Both the position numbers and the translations under genes were made by a program. Of a stretch of DNA of 41,428 nucleotides, positions 36,548-41,428 are shown piece by piece (position 1 is the stretch's first letter; each line of letters begins with the position of its first letter). The stretch covers positions 1 through 41,428 of IMG/VR virus record IMGVR_UViG_3300033513_000024; one strand, 5' to 3'. This DNA comes from a virus (Duplodnaviria; Caudoviricetes). The notes under the pieces were generated by a model. That model saw only the letters and a list, made by a program, of their open reading frames with translations. It made no database searches and was not told the origin of the DNA.

Positions 36548-36898
36548 CTATTCCCCTGGCAGCCTCAAATTCCACTGAAAGCGCATGGACCGGCTGGGCT
36601 CCTTGCTGTCGAATAGGAGACTACTTAACTCGTTGCCTTGGCCTCCCTCGTATTCTCCCATCGCATAGTTCAGAAAGAATGCCGCGATCTGACTGGCACT
36701 GGTCCCTTCCGCCTTCGCCGCAGCCTCAATGCGCTCCTTCAACTCTTCCGGCAGATCGTACTTCACGCGCACTCGTCCGCGATCCTTGCGCTGTTTGCTC
36801 GTCAGCGCCGCCGTGTTCGTCGCCGCCGTTTTCTGCCACTCAGTCACCGCTGGGTCTAGACCCCGCAAGCCCCCCACCCGTTTGTCACCCATCGTCAA
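36548..36898 (-). CDS. ribbon-helix-helix DNA-binding protein
   Basis: RVKYDLPEELKERIEAAAKAEGTSASQIAAFFL. Confidence 0.65.
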   Translation of the reverse strand: MTMGDKRVGGLRGLDPAVTEWQKTAATNTAALTSKQRKDRGRVRVKYDLPEELKERIEAAAKAEGTSASQIAAFFLNYAMGEYEGGQGNELSSLLFDSKEPSRSMRFQWNLRLPGE

Positions 36899-36906
36899 AA
36901 CTCCTC

Positions 36907-36934
36907 AGTGCGTATAAGAAACGTTATCGTGTCT
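36907..36934 (+). repeat. dif-like site
   Basis: AGTGCGTATAA GAAACG TTATCGTGTCT. Confidence 0.8.
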
Positions 36935-37136
36935 GCCCTACCACAACCCAAATATCCCTGGCGACCTCTCGCTGCCGGGTGAGTGTCAGTCGTATCACAT
37001 TGCACCCGGCGAGGACGAAAGCCATCGTGATCACGTCCTGCCAGAGCGCCACTCCCAACAGACCGATCAACAGCGCCAGAACCAGTTCCCCCAGTGCCAG
37101 GCTGAAAGCCGCGCGATAAAGAAAGTGGATGCTCAT
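36924..37136 (-). CDS. small membrane protein
   Basis: Two hydrophobic segments; coupled ORF. Confidence 0.5.
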   Translation of the reverse strand: MSIHFLYRAAFSLALGELVLALLIGLLGVALWQDVITMAFVLAGCNVIRLTLTRQREVARDIWVVVGQTR

Positions 37137-39682
37137 TTCCCCTTCCCATTATTGCCGTCGACATGCACCGTCTCAACGCTCCCCATATAATCAAACAGCG
37201 TCGGGGCCATCGCCTTCATCTCGGCCTGCCGGCAATAGGCCGCGCCGGCGCGCCAGAAATCCTCACTCAGCTCGATCCCGTACCCCCGTCTTCCCATCTC
37301 AACCGCAACGTAGGGAACGGTAAACAGACCAGCGAACGGGTCCAGGATAATGTCGGGTTCGGCGACCAATTCGGGATCGCTGGTGAACCGCTCGACCAGC
37401 CGCCGGACAATATCGAAAGGCAACGGGCAAATGTGCTTCTCAAGGCCCCGCTGGCTCTGGACGCTGTTCAAGCAAAACATTGGGTTGATGTTGTCCCACA
37501 CCCGGTCGCTGTGGCTCTCTGGCGGTTCGTAGAAGAACGTCGCCGGCAGGTTCCCGGCGCGTTCCTTCTCTTCGAGCCGGGCCACGTGGGCATCATAATC
37601 GTAGAGTTCATCTGGCAACAAGGGACGGTCGCCAGATGAGCGCCAGAATGAGTGAGCATCGATCTGCCATCTCGCACGGGTGTAGCGCTCCTTGCTATGC
37701 ACCACCTGCTCGTCTGCATAGGCCGTATCTGTTGCCGTCGGTGCCTTGCGGAAGAGCAGCACCTTTTCCGGCAGCCCCACGCCCATCTTCGACCCGTCTT
37801 TGCACATCTCAGTCCAACCCAGCCGATAGGTTGAATTGTTTTCGCGGACCACATCGGTCACTATGAAGATTTCGCCTTCGTACAAAAAGCCGTGCTTCAT
37901 AAAGGCGAAGATGGTCTTGGCTGAGAAGGGATTGATCTCCATAAACCCGGAGGCCGTCTGATGGCTGTAGCGCACGATGTCCTTGACGTGGATGGCTGCT
38001 ACCCGCCCCGGCTTGAGCACCCGCAACAGATGCGGGATGAGGAAATCCATCTGCTCGAAGAATCGCTCATCGTCCCGGTTGTGCCCAAAGTCGTTGTAGC
38101 TGGCCACGTATTCGTAGTGGGTGCTGAAGGGGATGCTGGAGATGATCGCCCCGAAATGGTTATCAGGCAGAGTCTGCAGCTCCTCCACGCAATCATTCTT
38201 GACCGCCGTGAAGCGCTCCCCGTCCGCCTGCTGTCGCTCTATGCCGATGGTCCGGTGCAGGTCCTGGCTCAAGGCTGCGTGGGTCAGGCCATACTGTTTG
38301 ATGATCGCTTGCATCTTAACCACCAAGGCGTCGTGTTGCTGCCATTTGCCCTTGAGAGTATCCACCACCGCCTGTTCCGACTCGGCGTAAATGATGTGTA
38401 TATCCACCGGCTGCTCTTGCTGAAACCGGTATATCCGGTGGATGGCCTGGATGAAATCTTGGAAGAGGTAGGACACGCCCAAAAACACGGCGCTGTGGCA
38501 ATAGAGCTGGAAATTGCACCCGGAGCCTGACAGCTCAGGCTTGCTCGCCAGGATGGCCACGTCACCGTGGGCGAAGCCAATGGTGCGCTCCTCACGCACG
38601 TCCAGGTCCTGAGAGCCGTACACGCTGATCGCATCCGGCACCGCCTTTTCAATGGCCCGCCGTTCGTCTTCCAGGTGATGCCACAATAGCCAATGGCGGT
38701 CCGGGGCCTCGCCGACGATCTCGACCATCTTTCGGATCCGGTCCGCCAGCGTTGCCCTCTTTTCGGCGGATGCCTCTCGCACCCCGCTGGCCGCGTCCAG
38801 GAACAACCGGTGCTGTCCCCGATTGTCGGTTTGGTCCCACGCCCGGCGATGATCCGTCTCGATGCGGTGCCAATGGACGCGCAGCTCGGGCAGGTTGTAA
38901 CCCTCGTCCGAATAGCCCAAATCACTGGGCTTATACAGGAACAGCGCCCACGAAGCCACCCACAGCCAGAATGTGCGTTCGTGCTGGGGATGGATCGTCA
39001 GGTGACCGGCCTTCGTCGTATCGCGTTGAAACCACCGGGTCAAGGCCTCGCCGTGCTCCATAATCCCCAGCCAGCGCGCGTAATAGATGATTTCTCGATA
39101 CTCATTGGGCGCCGGCGTCGCCGTCGCCACAAACCGATAAGGGACGGGGGCGAAGACTTCCACGAACACATCCGACGTTTTGCTATCCAGTGACCGGAGC
39201 ACTGACCCCTCGTCCAGTGAGACACCCCCCAGCAGATTGATGGTCGCCGGCGTGATGTTGCCCTCTCTCACCCGTTCGTAATTGGTGATGAGGTATGGAG
39301 TCGTCGCCGCCCGGATTTCCTCATCGGTGCGCACGTACTGCCACACCTGGCCCAGCGCCGGTCCGTCCTCCGCGCTGAACTGGTATTTCACCCCCAACGG
39401 GCAAACCACCAAGAATGGCTTGCCAGTGCGTTCGTAGATTAGCCTGGCCAGCTCGCACTGCACGCGCGTCTTGCCAAGCCCGAAGCTCATCGCAATCAAG
39501 GCCCGTCCCAGGCGCGCCGCCCAAACAATCGTATCTCTCTGATGTGGGAAGAGGCTCGGATGTAGAGTTCCCGGATCAACAGCAAAACCGGACCGCTCCA
39601 CTATATCGATCTTGCTCTCTAAGAAGTTCTGGTATTCCGTAGGTGTGTCCATTTGCTCACAATTCATATATCGCTCTACCAT
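37133..39682 (-). CDS. SNF2-like helicase fused to N4/N6 DNA methyltransferase
   Basis: FGLGKT, LDEG, ATATP, QAIHRIYRFQQ; then SSIPF, KHICP, ILDPFAG, GIEL. Confidence 0.88.
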   Translation of the reverse strand: MVERYMNCEQMDTPTEYQNFLESKIDIVERSGFAVDPGTLHPSLFPHQRDTIVWAARLGRALIAMSFGLGKTRVQCELARLIYERTGKPFLVVCPLGVKYQFSAEDGPALGQVWQYVRTDEEIRAATTPYLITNYERVREGNITPATINLLGGVSLDEGSVLRSLDSKTSDVFVEVFAPVPYRFVATATPAPNEYREIIYYARWLGIMEHGEALTRWFQRDTTKAGHLTIHPQHERTFWLWVASWALFLYKPSDLGYSDEGYNLPELRVHWHRIETDHRRAWDQTDNRGQHRLFLDAASGVREASAEKRATLADRIRKMVEIVGEAPDRHWLLWHHLEDERRAIEKAVPDAISVYGSQDLDVREERTIGFAHGDVAILASKPELSGSGCNFQLYCHSAVFLGVSYLFQDFIQAIHRIYRFQQEQPVDIHIIYAESEQAVVDTLKGKWQQHDALVVKMQAIIKQYGLTHAALSQDLHRTIGIERQQADGERFTAVKNDCVEELQTLPDNHFGAIISSIPFSTHYEYVASYNDFGHNRDDERFFEQMDFLIPHLLRVLKPGRVAAIHVKDIVRYSHQTASGFMEINPFSAKTIFAFMKHGFLYEGEIFIVTDVVRENNSTYRLGWTEMCKDGSKMGVGLPEKVLLFRKAPTATDTAYADEQVVHSKERYTRARWQIDAHSFWRSSGDRPLLPDELYDYDAHVARLEEKERAGNLPATFFYEPPESHSDRVWDNINPMFCLNSVQSQRGLEKHICPLPFDIVRRLVERFTSDPELVAEPDIILDPFAGLFTVPYVAVEMGRRGYGIELSEDFWRAGAAYCRQAEMKAMAPTLFDYMGSVETVHVDGNNGKGK

Positions 39683-40356
39683 CCAAAATCTTCGGCTTTA
39701 TACTCGTGGTCGTGGTTTAGCCGGTCGTGAACGTAGGTTCCTCTCACAGGCAGATTCTCAATCACGCGCCACGCCTCCCACAGATGGGACAGGAATACCT
39801 TAATCATCTTGCGCATGGCAGCGTTGTGAATGTGTGCCTTTGTCCAGTCAGGTCGCCCCGCTTGATAGAATGTCTTGGCGTCGTCATACACCTCACGATA
39901 GGGCGAATTGCACTTGAGGAAGGACGAGGCGACCAAATACAGGGTTGTCTTCAGGCGAGCATTGTAGTGCAGCTTTTCGCCTTTCGTCGGTCGTTCTCGC
40001 TCACCATCCACGACGCCATAGCCACAGTAACGCCACAGCGCCGAAACGGTATCGGCTCGTTCAATGTCAATCATCGCAATGAGTTTTGCTGAGAGTAGCG
40101 GGCCGATCCCTTTCAACCCCGACAGGCTTTCATAAATTGGCTCAGTCTTGACGGCGCGGGCTATATCCTTATTCAATTCCATCTCAAGGTCGGTGAAACG
40201 AATCAACCACTTGTCAACGACGTTGCGTTGATCGCTAACTGACGGGTCATCAGCGCTCTGCTCGATAGCTGCCAGGCGGTTTCCAAACTGGATACGCGCC
40301 TTTTGTATCTGGCGGTCGCGTAGGTCTACTAAAGCTCTCAGAAGATTGTCAGGCAT
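39676..40356 (-). CDS. tasA: TasA-like Nop/IS110-related RNA-binding protein without nuclease domain
   Basis: Coiled coil (RQIQKARIQFGNRL), then LKGIGPLLSAKLIA, SALWRYCG, YNARLKT, HIHNAAMRKMIKVFLSHLW; no N-terminal DEDD RuvC; directly downstream of the 36-bp array. Confidence 0.8.
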   Translation of the reverse strand: MPDNLLRALVDLRDRQIQKARIQFGNRLAAIEQSADDPSVSDQRNVVDKWLIRFTDLEMELNKDIARAVKTEPIYESLSGLKGIGPLLSAKLIAMIDIERADTVSALWRYCGYGVVDGERERPTKGEKLHYNARLKTTLYLVASSFLKCNSPYREVYDDAKTFYQAGRPDWTKAHIHNAAMRKMIKVFLSHLWEAWRVIENLPVRGTYVHDRLNHDHEYKAEDFGW

Positions 40357-40371
40357 TTTGTTTTTTCCTTT

Positions 40372-40727
40372 TCGCTCTATGATATAGGGTTACTTTCACA
40401 GTTGGGCTCGCACGGTTCTCTTTGTATCACTGGCTCGCTCTTATGATGCGGGTATCTTTCGTCACTTGGCTCGCTTACGTATGCTGGGTCTCTTCTACCC
40501 CCTGGCTCGCTTCCTCCTTTTGGTTCTCTCACTGTCACTGGCTCGCTTGGCGGTCTTGGGTCTCTAGACGTGGATGGCTCGCTTTACTCCTTTGGTTCTC
40601 TCAACGCCACTGGCTCGCTCTCGCTCTTAGGTCATCTCTATACGTACGGCTCGCTTTACCTTACTGGTCCTCTTCAACATCCTGGCTCACTCTGGGTGTG
40701 TGGTTCTCTCAATTGTCCTGGCTCGCT
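40372..40727 (-). ncRNA. TIGR-type tandem interspaced guide RNA array (8 complete units plus 2 degenerate)
   Basis: TGGCTCGCT or a one-mismatch variant at 40431, 40467, 40503, 40539, 40575, 40611, 40647, 40683, 40719 (exact 36-bp period). Minus-strand unit: AGCGAGCCA-N9-AGAGAACCA-N9. Confidence 0.88.
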
Positions 40728-40736
40728 TAGGCTCTC

Positions 40737-40764
40737 AGTTGGAATAATCGCTCTTATCAGCCCT
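40737..40764 (+). repeat. dif-like site at the leader of the TIGR array
   Basis: AGTTGGAATAA TCGCTC TTATCAGCCCT. Confidence 0.75.
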
Positions 40765-40806
40765 CCCCTCTCCCTCTGGGAGAGGAGAAAGTTGTAAGGG
40801 GTCTCC

Positions 40807-41052
40807 TTACTTTCCCCGGTTCCGCCGCCGCGACGCCTTCGCAATCTTTCGCCGCCGCTTCGCCAGCTTCCCCACGCCTTTCTTGCCAGACCCACGTAGG
40901 TCCGGCAACCGTCGTATCTTCTTGCGAGCCTTTGGCGCTGTAGTTGGTGCCGGCTGCTGCTCCACCTTGGAGCCCAGCAGCACCCTCAACAGCGCCAGGT
41001 CTCCCGCATTCACCACCGGTTTGCGTCTAATCGGTCCGCCCTTCGCATCCAT
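40807..41052 (-). CDS. small basic protein
   Basis: Lys/Arg-rich C-terminus; RBS AAGGAG; follows ParA. Confidence 0.6.
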   Translation of the reverse strand: MDAKGGPIRRKPVVNAGDLALLRVLLGSKVEQQPAPTTAPKARKKIRRLPDLRGSGKKGVGKLAKRRRKIAKASRRRNRGK

Positions 41053-41064
41053 TCTCCTTACTCC

Positions 41065-41428
41065 CTACTTCCCCACTGCCCCCAAAAACCGCTCCACCAC
41101 CTTCCCCATCGCTACCGTAACCTTGTCCTCCGGCGCCATATCGAACACCACGTTCCCGAAAGCGCACGCCTCCGCCACACGCACACTCAAGGGGATTGGC
41201 GGCCACACCGTCGGACCGAAGGCCTTCACCAGATCCTCCAGTTGCGCCTTGTGCTCGTTGGTGTACCGGATCATATTCGGGACCACCCCCAACAGCCGCG
41301 GACCCTTGCCGCCCCGCTTCTCTTGCACCGTCGCGGCCATCAACCCCACGCCCTCCAGGGCGAGGCGTTCGAGCTGCGTCGGCACAACCACCCAGTCCAG
41401 TGCCAGCAGCATCTCGCCGAACCCCGCC
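41065..41428 (-). CDS. parA: ParA/Soj-family ATPase, C-terminal part (truncated by the window)
   Basis: LALDWVVVPT...LALEGV...LLGVVPNM...IPLSVRVAEA. Confidence 0.8.
   Translation of the reverse strand, partial: AGFGEMLLALDWVVVPTQLERLALEGVGLMAATVQEKRGGKGPRLLGVVPNMIRYTNEHKAQLEDLVKAFGPTVWPPIPLSVRVAEACAFGNVVFDMAPEDKVTVAMGKVVERFLGAVGK

Noticed and set aside
39676-40356. IS110 transposase insertion or pseudogene
   Set aside because: No DEDD RuvC domain or remnant upstream; the ORF is intact, has its own RBS, is coupled to the next phage gene and is preceded by a guide-like array
40372-40727. CRISPR array
   Set aside because: Two alternating 9-bp repeats with 9-nt variable segments do not fit CRISPR repeat/spacer sizes, and there are no cas genes in the window
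579-40764. Dispersed TATAAT motifs as simple -10 promoter boxes
   Set aside because: The sixth base varies (TATAAG, TATAAC), the motif is a palindrome with conserved outer AG/CT, and most copies point antisense to the operons; promoter activity at individual sites is not excluded
40422-40895. ORFs overlapping the array (40422-40730, 40570-40797, 40674-40895)
   Set aside because: Open frames are expected from a 36-bp period; conservation is in DNA repeat blocks rather than codon positions

Overview
The window is most of a temperate, HK97-fold, siphovirus-like phage genome. A tyrosine integrase (+) sits beside an att core that is the 3' half of a tRNA-Val(CAC) and looks like an unrecombined attP. 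Almost everything else is on the minus strand. Reading from the right end: ParA, a Nop-domain protein, a helicase-methylase, a primase-helicase with a probable origin, FtsK, PolX, a PAPS-reductase-like protein, a C5 methylase, membrane/lysis-like genes, terminase, a portal-MuF fusion, protease, capsid, head-tail and tail genes. Main findings: (1) a TIGR-Tas-type RNA-guided system, made of a 36-bp dual-repeat array with paired 9-nt spacers (40372-40727) upstream of a nuclease-less IS110/Nop-domain protein (TasA-like, 39676-40356); (2) 20 dispersed dif/Xer-like 11-6-11 palindromes, all with different 6-bp spacers, mostly 1-3 kb apart, in a genome that also encodes FtsK next to a cluster of KOPS-like GGGTAGGG motifs; (3) an atypical tRNA-like RNA upstream of the terminase genes. 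All calls were made by eye from motifs and synteny; no database searches were run.
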